Assembly: GCA_021613535.1 (NCBI GenBank)
Contig: CP075493.1
Location: 4,774,001 to 4,838,000 of the forward strand
Reading direction: 5' to 3'
DNA: 64,000 nt
From: Adineta vaga
Lineage: Eukaryota > Animalia > Rotifera
The notes under the pieces are model-generated. The model saw only the letters and a list, made by a program, of their open reading frames with translations, was not told the DNA's origin and ran no database searches. Of the stretch, positions 38,674 through 50,958 are shown piece by piece; positions within the stretch are counted from its first letter, which is position 1, and each line of letters begins with the position of its first letter. The translations under genes were made by a program, and so were the position numbers.

Positions 38674-39891
38674 ATGGTATCGAAATCTCCACAAACTAAT
38701 ATGCCTATGTCAGTTAAATTTTTAATCGGTGGTATGGCTGGGTATGTTTCAACGATTTATTTCAATTATGTTCTATGCATTTCTTTTCTCTTCTAGAATG
38801 TCTGCAACTATGATTGTTAATCCGTTGGATCTAGTCAAAAATCGTATGCAAATGAGTGGTGCCGAAGGTGCAACTAGAGAATATCGATCAACTTTTCATG
38901 CTATAACCACTATTATTCGTAATGAAGGTATTCGTGGTTTATATGCCAGGTAAATTTTTGAGTAAAATGAACCATCAAATTCGTTTGTAGTCTTTCAGCT
39001 GGTTTATTTCGTCAAGCAACGTATACAACTACTCGCTTAGGTGTATATCAAATATTATTAGAACGATATCGTGAGGTTGATGGTCGTCCACCAAAACTCT
39101 CTGTTAATCTTCTTCTGGGCATTATAAGTGGTGGTTTAGGTGCATTCGTTGGTACTCCAGCAGAAGTAGCTTTAGTACGTACGTCACTTGATGGACGATT
39201 ACCGATACATGAAAGAAGAAATTATAAACACGTATTTGATGCTCTGATACGTATTACACATGAAGAAGGTGTCTTGAGATTGTGGCGTGGTGCTATTCCA
39301 ACAGTAGTGCGAGCAATGATTGTCAATGCTGCTCAAATGCCGACATATTCACAAACTAAACAAATGCTAATCTCTGCTGATATAATGCAGCAAGGTTTAT
39401 CTCTACATGTTGCCGCATCATTAGTTGCTGCATTGGTGACAACAACTGTTTCATTACCGATAGATATTATCAAAACACGTTATCAAAATATGAAAGTAAT
39501 ACAAGGCAAACCCGAATACAGTGGAATAGTGGTAAGTTATTCATATCTATGTAAAACAATCATGTTTGGTGAATAGAACAGTTTTATTCAACTTTAATAG
39601 TTCGTAATGACAGATTAATCATTTCTCTTTCCATCTGTCGTTCAGTGATGTGACAGTTGTTAACTTTCTTTTGATTTAATTGCTTGAATATATCTCTGAA
39701 CGTTTATATTTTAGGATGTATTTCAACGAATTCTCCATAAAGAAGGCATACTCAGTTTTTGGAAAGGATTCACTCCTTATTTTTCTCGTCTTGGTCCGCA
39801 TACAATTCTCACCTTCATATTTGTTGAACAGTTTAATGTTCAATATCAAACATACATTTTAAAAAATCAATCTTATTCATCCACTTTATAG
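38674..39891 (+). CDS. SLC25A11: Mitochondrial 2-oxoglutarate/malate carrier
   Basis: VKFLIGGMAG/MSATMIVNPLDLVKNRMQMSG, SLSAGLFRQATYTTTRLG, GTPAEVALVR..LDGRLP...RRNY, LWRGAIPTVVRAMIVNAAQ, LPIDIIKTRYQNM, FWKGFTPYFSRLGPHTILTFIFVEQ. Three introns of about 55, 41 and 183 nt. Confidence 0.93.
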
Positions 39892-39925
39892 AAACATAAT
39901 AAAGTATCGATTATTTATTTTAGAT

Positions 39926-40948
39926 ATGTCATTTGAAGATTTCGCTTCGACATGTACACGTACATTTAGTCAAACACCTATACGTCTTATTCGTATGTCA
40001 TCATCTTTAACTGCTTATGCTGGTTCAATTGATCAACCTTATCGTCATCTTGTTCTTTTATGTCAACCACATTTTACATCGAAATCAATTTCAATTGCAT
40101 TTTATTTGAATGGTACATCTTATTTTGAATATTTAAATGAAAAAACAATTCGACAACGTTTAAGATTATTAAATAATACACGTGATAAATCTGTTCATCT
40201 TGATGATTTAGAAATTATTTTAACACGTTTGAAAACTATGTTAACAATGGATGGAAGTAAACAAGATCAGAATGAATTACATGCAAAACTTTTATCAGCA
40301 ACTCAATTATCAATCGAAATTCATCAAGATAATTTAAAATTTAAATTTCGTTGCGATGAACGACCTGAATTATATGAACAACATTATGTTCGTCAGTTAT
40401 TAATTCAAGTTAAAGAACTATCTGAAAGACAAACCTATCTATGTGAATTGCTAGAACATAAAGATCAATTGCCACAATTCAATGCTCATCTTTTTCTTAA
40501 TACACCAATGACACTTGTTGATGATCAAGAAGGTTTGTGAAGAAAATGTTTATTCCTTTTGTTTTTTTTGGATAAAAGTTTTTCTTTTTTTCAAGATGAT
40601 GATGAAGATGATGAAATTCTATCATCGTCAACAACAGGACATTTATGGAAATCTGCTTTTGGTTCTCGAGGTGGTGCACAATTTCTTGATGTTTGTCTCT
40701 TGAAAAGAGCGTATATGAAAACTTTAGAAGAGATGAGTGATGAAGAAGATGAAGAGAATCAAACAGTTTTATCTGTTATCGATACACTTCTTGATAAAAT
40801 CGACGAACAGGAAGATGAAGACAACATTGGTTTAGCACAACGTCTTGGAAAACGTTCATTAACAACGTCAACAGTGAATTTACATAATGATTTTTCACAA
40901 ACAAAACGATTACGAAGCAATATTTCAAATGCACATATCTCTGTTTAA
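39926..40948 (+). CDS. Divergent XLF/Cernunnos (NHEJ1)-like protein
   Basis: YFEYLNEKTIRQRLRLLN and FKFRCDERPELYEQHYVRQLLIQVKELSERQTYLCELLEHKD..QFNAHLFL align by eye with the XLF motifs W.E.V....V.QRAKELN and WNFHC....LVSQHLIRPL...S..L......L..LL..KD...PFE...FL. Acidic/basic C-terminal tail. One intron at about 40533-40595. Confidence 0.6.
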
Positions 40949-41193
40949 ATAATATGTATATCTTCTTTTTTTGTTCATATCAATTCTTGTAAATATCAAT
41001 TATAATAAACGAATGAATTGCAAATAGGCTGTGCTATAAAGATATTATCTTTTCATTTGCTTTTATTATCATGATATCTCTCTTAGATTTGAAGTGTTAT
41101 TCTTATCTAAGAAGAAGAAAAAAGTAAAGGATAGGTTGTTACATATAATACATTCAACACAGACACTAAAGAATTGAGGAAAAAAAAAGAGCA

Positions 41194-42126
41194 ATGGTTT
41201 TAGAAATTGTCGATGCTCATCATCATCTTTGGTCATTATCATCATCGAATCCAGTTAAATATCATTGGCTTCGAGCGGCATCAGAAGGTGGAGCATCATG
41301 GCATCCAGCTGGTGATATTGAGCAATTAAAACAAAATTATTTACTTGAAAATTATCTTCAAGATGCAAACAATTCTTCGTGTCGTTTAATCAAATCAGTC
41401 CATGTTCAAGCTGAAGCGACTGATGCTCTTGAAGAAGTAAAATATCTTGAACAAGTTGCGAATGAAAATTCAAATGGATTTCCACATGGAATTGTAGCAC
41501 ATGCAAATTTAGCTTCACCAGATTTACCAAAATTACTTGAAACTTATACACGTGATTATCCACGTGTGAAAGGTATTCGACAATTATTGAATTGGTCAAC
41601 GAAGGATGCTCGTTTATCGATGACAGATCGAGGAGATTATTTAACTGATAAAACATGGCTTGAAGGTTTTCAATTACTTGTTTCACATTCCTTATCATTT
41701 GATATGCATGTTTATCCATCTCAAATGATCGATGCTGCTAAAGTCGCACGACACTATCCAAATTCTATTCTTATTCTTGATCATTGTGGTTTACCAGTCG
41801 ATGGTCAAAAAGATTTTGACGAATGGAAAGAAGGTATGAAACATATGGCTGAACAAACCAATGTTATTTGTAAATTAAGTGGATTAGTTATGTTTAATCA
41901 TGCTTGGTCAAAAGAAGTCTTATCACCATACATTGCCGAATGTCTTCGTTTATTTACACCAAAACGTTGTATGTTTGGATCAAATTTTCCTGTCGATAGA
42001 TTAAATATTTCCTATGAAGAACTTGTTAATGTCTATCGAGATATTGCAGAAAATGATGCAGAATTATCCAAAGATGAATTGGATTTAATCTTCAAACAAA
42101 ATGCAATTAAAACTTATCGTTTATAA
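41194..42126 (+). CDS. Amidohydrolase_2 / COG3618 family, L-fucono-1,5-lactonase-like; candidate horizontal acquisition
   Basis: Intronless 310 aa. IVDAHHHLW, SVHVQAE, GIVAHANL, VKGIRQLL, LSFDM, ILDHCGLP, NVICKLSG, RCMFGSNFPV, IFKQNAIKTYRL. Confidence 0.85.
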   Translation: MVLEIVDAHHHLWSLSSSNPVKYHWLRAASEGGASWHPAGDIEQLKQNYLLENYLQDANNSSCRLIKSVHVQAEATDALEEVKYLEQVANENSNGFPHGIVAHANLASPDLPKLLETYTRDYPRVKGIRQLLNWSTKDARLSMTDRGDYLTDKTWLEGFQLLVSHSLSFDMHVYPSQMIDAAKVARHYPNSILILDHCGLPVDGQKDFDEWKEGMKHMAEQTNVICKLSGLVMFNHAWSKEVLSPYIAECLRLFTPKRCMFGSNFPVDRLNISYEELVNVYRDIAENDAELSKDELDLIFKQNAIKTYRL

Positions 42127-42218
42127 ACATTTTTTTGTCATAACATTTTCTTCAGACAGTAGTAGAATATGAAATATTATTTATTCATTTATCAAAGAAA
42201 GTGAAAAGTTAAGAAAAA

Positions 42219-43710
42219 CTAACGTGGTAGAAGATCATCAAGATCGGCAATAGAAAAAGCATAAACTGCCCATACAGCAGCTGCTAAATCAACATCAGTT
42301 GAATTAAGTACATTCATTGTATCACCATTCGAATGATGATATGCAAAATAATCCCAATTATCATTCAGAAGTGATGCACCGGGAACACCACGTTGCATCC
42401 ATGGACTGATATCTTCACCTCCACCACCACTAACAACTTGTGTAGCATTGATTGACACTAATTGATTGGAGATCGTTTGTATGATCTAATAGAGAGGAGA
42501 AAATAGTTTCGTTATCATCTATTAAATGTTATCTTACTTGTTGTGCTTGAGGTTTACCTTGAAATTGAAGACCTTGAGGATGAAAGACACCTAGATCGGA
42601 TTCCATAACAATACTCATTGTTGATATTTCATTGGTATGAGCTTTGAAATATTGATCGGCACCAACACCACCAAATTCTTCACATGACCAAAGAACACAA
42701 CGAACAGTACGTTTTGCTCGAACATCTAATGCACGAAGTAGAGATAGAACTGTCCAAGAGATCATTGCACCACCACCATCATCCATCGCTCCTTCATAAA
42801 GAAAAGAATTTAAAATAATATAAATAGAAATCACTTCTTTAATTTTACCTTGACCAACATCCCAACTGTCAAGATGACCGCTGACAAGAACAGTTTCATT
42901 TGGTTTACTGGAACCTTTGATTTCCGCTACGAGATTATAACCGATGACATCAGGTAGCGTTTGTGCTTCCATATAGAGAAATATTTCTATCGATTGATTT
43001 CGTTGTTGAAAACGATCCAACATATCTGTATGTTCGACGGAAAGTGATCCAGCTGGAATCTTTGGATATGATAAATCATAGGCCATCACACCAGTATGTG
43101 GTGAATCAATCGAACGTGATGCAGCTGATCGACTAAGAGAAGCAACTGCACCACATTTCGCTGCACTCGATGCTCCACCAACACGATAACCAACTACGGG
43201 ACCATAGCAAGCAACGGGTTTCGTTTTCCAATCACATTGTGGATTAAAAACAACGATTTTATTTCGTGCTTCAGCACATCTTGCATTCAATTCATCGAAG
43301 GATCGAACAACAAGAACTGGTGCACGAATACCTTGTGGTCCTGTACCAACAGAATTACCGAGACCAAGCATTGATAATTTTGTATTTCGTGGTTGTAATA
43401 ATTGAGCACGTTCTTCACCACGTACCCAATGAGGTATACGAACTTCTTCTGCATGAACATTATCTAAACCTTCAGCAGTCATGGTATTTTTTACCCAATT
43501 GACTGCATTTGTTAAAGATTCATTACCGCATAAACGGGGACCAATGGTATCGACTAAGGCAGCTAAACGATTGTAAGTAACACCACGAAAAGCACCTTGT
43601 GTAACTAATTCAATTAAACGATCTGATACAGCATTGGATGAATGATTCTCAGTAAGAATTGAACGACTTGTTACACTTATTATTGAAAGTAGAATGAGCA
43701 GCCAATGCAT
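42219..43710 (-). CDS. CPQ: Carboxypeptidase Q (plasma glutamate carboxypeptidase, M28 family)
   Basis: Signal peptide, LVDTIGPRLCG, HWVRGEE, LGLGNSVGT, SPHTG, SGHLDSWDVGQ/GAMDDGGG, EEFGGVG, MESDLG, YHHSNGDTM. Two introns, the first in frame and stop-free. Confidence 0.93.
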
Positions 43711-44880
43711 ATTTTTATCACCACAACAAATATGTCTCACGACGAAATGGCCAAAAAAAAGAGAATTAGACTCACTTTTTGATAAACAATATTTGTTTTA
43801 TATTCTATATTTTACCTTTTCTTTATCAAAGGTAATAGAATGATTAAAGTTATTGTCGACTATCAGTTAACTTTACTCGTAGTTATTATTTATGGCCATA
43901 ATGCAACTATCTGTATGCAGATTGGTTACAGATTTCCGGAAGAAATAATGTTCGGATTCTTTTAGTTAACGATTACAATTATTCGCATTATATTGTGTAA
44001 TAATAAAAATCAGTGTGATTTAAAATTGCACTTTATCTATAGATTCATTCTGGTGATGAGAGAAATTTCATCGATATTAATTTACGTTGTTTATCTTGAT
44101 CTATCGAATTGGCTTGCTCGACAATATCAATAGTTACAGCAGTTAAGTGAAACTGTGTATGAGCAAATATACATCTTGCAATCATGATGATTAACTATCC
44201 AGACAAATCAAATGCATCATTTTGATGGACACACTTAGTTACTACCACATTTATTACCATACAAATGTAACAGTTTTCCTCTGTATGTACTAAAATTCGA
44301 AGAACTCTCTTACTAGTGACAATGTAACGGTTTTCAAATAACCATATGATTGTATTCACGTAGATAGGTGCATTCTGATATCGTATTACAGCACACATCA
44401 TTCACGTAAATGTTCAAAACTATTTATCCCTACCTGATGGTTAAAATAATATTCCAAAATTTTGCTCAGCTAGCAAAGATCTATATTATTCAAATCAAAT
44501 GCGATAATGAAAGAACTCAACAACTCTACTAATTTTAACATTTGCGGAACTAATTCAAACACGAAATGCTTGTCAAGTATACCATGAAATTTGCTTCTGT
44601 ACTACCAAACAAAACTAGATAGTACCTGTTCATGCTGAAGCTACTGAAACTTCAATTTCAAGATGCGAATAAATTCTGTGAGAATATTATTTCCCGAAAA
44701 AAAACCTTCCTAATCCAAATATGTTATCGCTAAAAAGAGATTTCATATAACAATCAAATCTCATTTATTATAATAATGAAGATATACGGCTAAACATCTG
44801 TTCTACAAATTAATTATTTTGATCTTTTTTTACTACTGAACACCATATAAATTGTCTAAAAAATCCACATAGAAATGATT

Positions 44881-47800
44881 TCAAAATTTTCTTTCGTCTT
44901 CCTGAAGATATAAAACAAATCCGCTTTTCTTTCCGGCTAGTTTTCGAAGATATTCAACACTTTTGTCTCCGATCTGATTGCTGTCGAGGTAGAGTGCTGT
45001 GACTGTCTGAATGAAATAAAAGAGATGAAGATGATCGAAAGATGAGTGAAAGCAGAGTGAGAGAGAGAGAGGAAGATGTTGTCTCACTGCGTTCTTTTGT
45101 AGTCCTTCAGCCAATGCTTGTGCACCTTTGTCTCCGATCTGATTGTTGTGGAGATAGAGTGTAGTGAGTGTCTGAATGAAATAAAAGAGATGAAGATGAT
45201 AGAAGGATGAGTGAAACCAGAGAGAGAGAAAGATGTTGTATTTTTGGGATGTTCGGATAGACTTGTATCGGATTATATTATTCGAAGGTTCATTATGGAT
45301 TTAGAGAAATGTAGTTGTCGTTTAAATCTGGGAAATCATAATGAAGATTAGATTTTTCAACTAGAAAAAAGGTGAATGAATTCGAAAGTAATATGATGGA
45401 GATGAATTTTGTCTACTTTTGTTTTCTATGTGTGTTGTCTTTTTATGTTTTCCGATGCCTTTTAGATCGAGAATGCGGAAATCTTGCTGGTGGATACTGC
45501 TTAGGTGATGTTAAGGAGAAAGGGAAAGGGCCAAAGTTGTGTTTTTGTAAAGTTTTTTGAGGAAATATTATTGAGCAAGAAGAGCAACTGAGATATCTTT
45601 GAACATTCAAGTTTGCATGAAGTGCTTTGTTCTTTAGCTGCTTAGAGAAATGTCTGGAAAAATCATAAATGAATTGTTTTTCTAGGATGATTATTCGATA
45701 GGAAATAAGAAAGGGAATGACTCAGTGCAGACTAGGAAAACTGATAGGTTTAGTGGTAGGTAGCTATATGCAGATACATTGGAAGCTAGTATAGACGAGA
45801 TTTGAATTTTGTTTTACAATGAGAACCTGCGATATTTGAAAACTAGGAAGAGTACAAGATCCGTCTGTTATTTTTATAGTAAAAAAAGATAATGAAAGTA
45901 TGACTAAGCGTATGATCTGGGTGGGATTATTTGATATTATCGGTAGCTAAAATGAATGCCAGCTTCGTGCACTTAAATATCAAGAAAGTTAGAAAAATTA
46001 GTTGTCATCGCAGTAATTCGATTGAAGAAGAAAAGTACCATCTGGTTTCTTTGTAATTGAAACTGAGATAGAACTGTTAAGTTTCCGTACTGGATAACAT
46101 CAAATAAATTAATTAGAATTTAGCGTTAGATTTGCTACAAGGATAAATAGATATTCAAGGTGCTTTTTAAGAGATAGATCTCGTTCAATGATTTGAAATA
46201 GTTGTTTTAATAAAAAGTATTACTAATGGAGAAATTGCTTAGAAGCGAATGATTTCTTCAAAAAGAATTTTTTCGTCGAAACGATATGAGCGGAATTGGG
46301 TTGATTGATCAGTTTGAATAATTTAGTTACAATATCAATTTTGGAGTTCAGATGAAAAAGTTTTCTTTTATTTCCAGTCTCAAGATCATAATAAAATCCG
46401 AGTAGTTGTTTGCGGGGAGTAAATGCTACAATTGTTACTGTTTTGTTATATCTTTTCTTTACATGTATCTACTATTTCAACATATTCCTTTTCTATGGAT
46501 TATTCTACAATAACATTGTAATATAGTTCTCTTTTTCTAAAAACATATTCGTCTATGAAAATGTTCGCGATGTTCCTTGTACTTCGTAATACTATTGCAT
46601 GGATATAGCTATTATTGATATTGTCAGAATTAGATTGTCAGGTGTCTCGGTTCTAACACCAACTGAATACATCTTATACAGTTATGTCAAAGTAAAAGAA
46701 TGGTAACTTAGTATCTTACCAATTACCAAGATGCTCTGACGGTAATGAAAAAGAAGTGCAAGGTCCATCAAAATATTGGATGATCTGACTGCGAACTAGC
46801 TTTTGTTTAACACACAAGAAAACTTTTTTGGGAATGCCATGACCTTATTATGGAAGTACTATAGCTATAGTAAGGAATTTATGGTTTCACTTCAGTTTTT
46901 AAGATGTCAATTTTTTTTTGATCTTTCACTAGTTTCCAAATCTTTGCAGGACTATAGCTAATGCAATGAAGTATTCTTTGACATGGAAACAAAAAGGCAG
47001 ATACACACTCGTACTTTAGTATAGTGCTATGTATCCTGCATTGAATCATATAAAGTGGTAAAAGGGATAGACTGCGATTTATTCCTGCTTTCTTTACATA
47101 CCTTGTATATTAATCAAATCATTCAGGGTTTTAATCGCACTATTAATATACTACATCTGCGATCATTCTGCTTCTAAATAGATTGTCTCATCAAACAAGG
47201 TCTTTTAGGGCTTTGTGAAATGTCATAACAGCCATACGAACGTATGTTTGCTAAATTTATTCTTTTGACATGCAGAGCGTAGCTTCGTCTTGTAGCTTCT
47301 AAAAAACTACTTTTCCTGGGAATATCTCTCATTTTTCGACAGTTAAGTGATGAGAATCAAAATGGAAAAATATTACCGACCTTATTATCTCGTAGTAAAT
47401 AATATGCAACGATTTCCATATCGTCATCCGTCCAGTTAGAAGAATGTAAAAAAATAGTAGACTCGTCTTTGTTCTCGTTGATCTTTTGTTCAAGTCTTGG
47501 ATTTTTGTACGTTGGAGTTTTCGATAAAAACGTTGTTTTTTTAATCTCTAAATAAATGGCAAGAACAATGAAACAAATCTTATGCAATTTATGACTGACA
47601 GCGAGTCTTTCTAGTGTTGCATTTATTTCCAAATGAGTAGCAAAGCTTCTTATCATTATCATCACCTAACATAATGTCAAAGTTGACAGAAAACAACGAG
47701 TTTGAAAGATTAAAATAAGACACACGCGCTCTCCATCTTTTCCAGTAACATATAGACAATCAATAACTTTATCTGGTGATATACTGTGAAATTTCTTCAT

Positions 47801-48760
47801 TTTTTATATAATATTTCAAGAAATTATTTCTTCGTTTTCTATAATTTATGTAAGCTCTATGTCTACTTATACTATTATTTTCTATTTATAAGACACAAAA
47901 ATAGCTAACCTCATTTACCAAGTCACTGAATAGTTATATCTGATCTGCTCATTATTGAAAGAAAATAACTTACCAACTGATGTTGTTGATGCACCACTTG
48001 TGGATATTGTCAGTTTTTGAAAAGACGACGTATCAACATTCAATGCTGATGCTGAAGTAAATGGTGGAGCGATCAGTTGATAAGGCGGTGTCTCTTCTTG
48101 TAATCGGATAATGTGTAAATCATCGGCCGGATTGCATTTATCAATAACTCGTAAGAATGTACCTGGCATTAATAAAATTTCTTTTTCACCTTTGTATTGT
48201 GAATGTGACTGAATGGATTTCCCATTGATACAATCGATCATAAATAATGTACGGACACCTGTACGACCAACAAATTTCTCTGCAACTTTCATTGTTTCTG
48301 CACATGAACTAAAACCCCACCAAATAAAATCATCTTTATAAAGTGCTGCAATGTCACCACGAACTCCACGCCAAATTGTTGTTCTCAACGATGGTAATTT
48401 ATGTAGCGCGGTTAAGAATAATTTCAGATAAGAGAACCATAGTCGAAGTTCTTGTCGTTTCGCGGAACGAAGTTTTCCATTTAAAACTGTGTAAACGCTC
48501 TGCTCTGTTTCCGACCATTCCAATGTGTAAAGACGAATGGAAGCTGACTCATCAGGAGTCAGTCCATCTGATGGATTACGCGAGTCGCGTTTGGCTACCC
48601 ATACCATAGCGTCGACATCAAAAATAGGTGGCTGAACTTCAGCAGTCGCCACTTCCAACGATACTAAATCTTTTGTTTCGTAGCCTCTGATCGGTGTCAA
48701 CGTTCTTGTCGGCTCTTCAGCCGCATCTGTAAAACGAGCGAATAGATTGTCGTGTGCCAT
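44881..48760 (-). CDS. NAD+:arginine-type ADP-ribosyltransferase (R-S-E) domain followed by NLRC3-like LRR exons
   Basis: Exon 1: ESASIRLYT, IWRGV (R), WGFSSC (S), KSIQSHSQYKGEKEILL (ExE). Exon 2 (~47379-47550) ends DDDMEIVAYYLLRDNK. The 84-nt exon 45088-45171 encodes TLTTLYLHNNQIGDKGAQALAEGLQKNA. The final LRR exon is 44881-45007. Joining across the 2.2-kb intron is inferred. Confidence 0.8.
44960..45240 (-). repeat. Tandem ~164-nt LRR exon+intron duplication (about 1.7 copies)
   Basis: ctttgtctccgatctgattg and ctgaatgaaataaaagagatgaagatgat each occur twice, about 164 nt apart. Confidence 0.85.
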
Positions 48761-49120
48761 TCATATACGTCTGTGTGAAAAATTCAAAAGTGAAAGTTGT
48801 TGTGCCGATAACAAACCGATGCGTGTTTATTATTATATGTGAAAGAAAAGATAAGTTCTGATAAGATTGTCTTTTTTCTAGTGAAATATGATACTTCTGT
48901 AGCAAATGAAATGAAAAGGGAAGATATTATTGTGTTTTTCGGTGACAAATATAAAATAGTGTAAAATATGGAACAGAACCAATCTACTTGGTTTTTTCCT
49001 CTACGTTCAGTAATTGATAAGATAGTGTGTAAGGTTGGTCGTGACAGCAAAATCAAAATCTATTGTATTCAATTACTGAACTCTTCTACAATGATATAGA
49101 TTAAAATTTGTTTTTCTTTT

Positions 49121-50202
49121 ATGTTTTCGAATTCAATTCTGCAATTATGTGTTCTCATTGTTTTATGGTATTCTGTCAGTTCATTAGCAAATATTATCGG
49201 TAAACGCCTTTTAACTGTTTTTCCACATCCAATTACAGTTACACTTGCTCAACTTTTTCATGGTTGGGCTTATTCTGTACCATTACTTCGTTTAATGAAT
49301 ATTTCACCACCAACTTATTTATATTCAACACGAATTTATTACATAACTATCATAGTTCCGTTAGCAATTGGAAAATTACTTTCACAATTAACTTCACAAA
49401 TAAGTTTACGATTAGTACCTGTTTCTTATACACATACAGTCAAAGCTTTAATGCCTTTATTCACTGTAATATTATCAAGAGTTATAATTGGCGAAGCACA
49501 ATCATTCATAGTAAGATCATTTTTCTTGAATGAAATTCAAATTATGACGTACAATTACGATATGAATTTATTCTAGATTTATTTCTCATTAATTCCGATT
49601 ATAGTGGGTGTTATTATTGCATCAATGAGTGAATTATCTTTTGATACAACTGGTTTTATCAGTGCTTTATTCAGTACAGGGTTACTTGCAGTTCAAAATG
49701 TTTATTCGAAAAAAACATTGAAACATATTGATATACATCATTTAGCACTTCTTTCTATTCTTTCGAAAATAGCTTGGTGTCTTCTAGTACCTTTTTGGTT
49801 TCTATTGGATGGTCCACAGATTGATGTTCAAGGAGAAGTAACTAATAATCATCATCATCATCATTCCTGTTGAATATCTATCTCTTTTCTTCTAATTCAT
49901 TATAGTTTACAACGAAAGTGATCTTCTATATGTTGATAGATGGTTTCTGTAATTTTATATATAATGTTCTAGCATTTACTATGATATCTCGTCTTTCACC
50001 ATTGAGCTATGTCATTGCTGGTAGTTCGAAACGTCTTGTTGTTATTATTATTTCTATTCTTGTTCTTCACAATTCTGTGACAAAAATGAATCTCTTTGGA
50101 ATTGGTTTAGCATTGATCGGTGTTCTACTATACAATAAAATAAAATATGATGAGAAAAAACAAACAGTACTATTGCAAATACCAATATCACCACTTCCTT
50201 GA
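49121..50202 (+). CDS. Solute carrier family 35 member E1-like (triose-phosphate/nucleotide-sugar transporter family)
   Basis: LWYSVSS..NIIGK, FPHPITVT, ISLRLVPVSYTHTVKALMPLFTV, SLIPIIVGVIIASMSELSF, QNVYSKK, LSPLSYVIA..SKR, GVLLYNKIK. Three exons. Confidence 0.88.
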
Positions 50203-50958
50203 CAGAAATAATGAAGTTTTTCAATAGACTTTTGCAATAGAAGGAATATTTTCATAAACATATCGAATATTGAACTATAAATCTCAATGAATTTCTTTTT
50301 TGATTAATTTACCACTATACACTATAAATGTCACCTTTAAAACAATGTTCGTTACGGTCTATAGTATAGGCACTGCCAAGGTGTCTGTCACGGTCAATAG
50401 TAGAACATTATCAAGATGTCTATCACGATCTCTTAAGGTGAACGATCGTTTACTTCAACAGTTATTGAAGTTCGTGTCTCGTCAATGACAAAAAAAGAAC
50501 AAATAACTTTTCTACAATAATAAGAATATGTAGAGCAAGATGAGAGATGAGATATAGAATCGAATTTTGTTTGATTGCTAAAAGATGATAATGATATTAC
50601 ATGACCATTTTAATAATAGATATATCTTGGTCATTTGTCATCTAGACTAGAAACCTTGATACTATTTCTTATCTTGTCAAGTTATGTTATATTACCGGTT
50701 AATATTAACGACAATATTTACATTTCAACTATATTATCATTCGTATCTGTGTATTAGTCGGCGTTCTGCTTGACTGACTCTTTTTTTCTTGTTTTTTTTT
50801 CCTATCACATTATAATTAATGATTTTTTTGCTTCTATTTCACGTTCTCTTTCGTTCGGTGTCTCTCTGTCTATCTCTTGTAGTGGTAAGCATGAACCAAA
50901 CACCTAATTGATGTGTTTACTTGAGTAGCGAAGGAGGTCGTTTTAGAAAGAAATTGTT

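Noticed and set aside
42793-42849. Apparent 19-aa insertion in the CPQ active-site region (GKIKEVISIYIILNSFLYE)
   Set aside because: It is an in-frame, stop-free GT-AG intron. The same applies to similar read-throughs in the Merlin and calexcitin ORFs.
43900-44750. Non-coding stretch that might be a decayed gene or transposon
   Set aside because: No motif or terminal repeat could be recognised in any frame.
44960-45240. Direct repeats with spacers suggestive of a CRISPR array
   Set aside because: They are duplicated LRR exon/intron units in a eukaryotic gene, and there are no cas genes.
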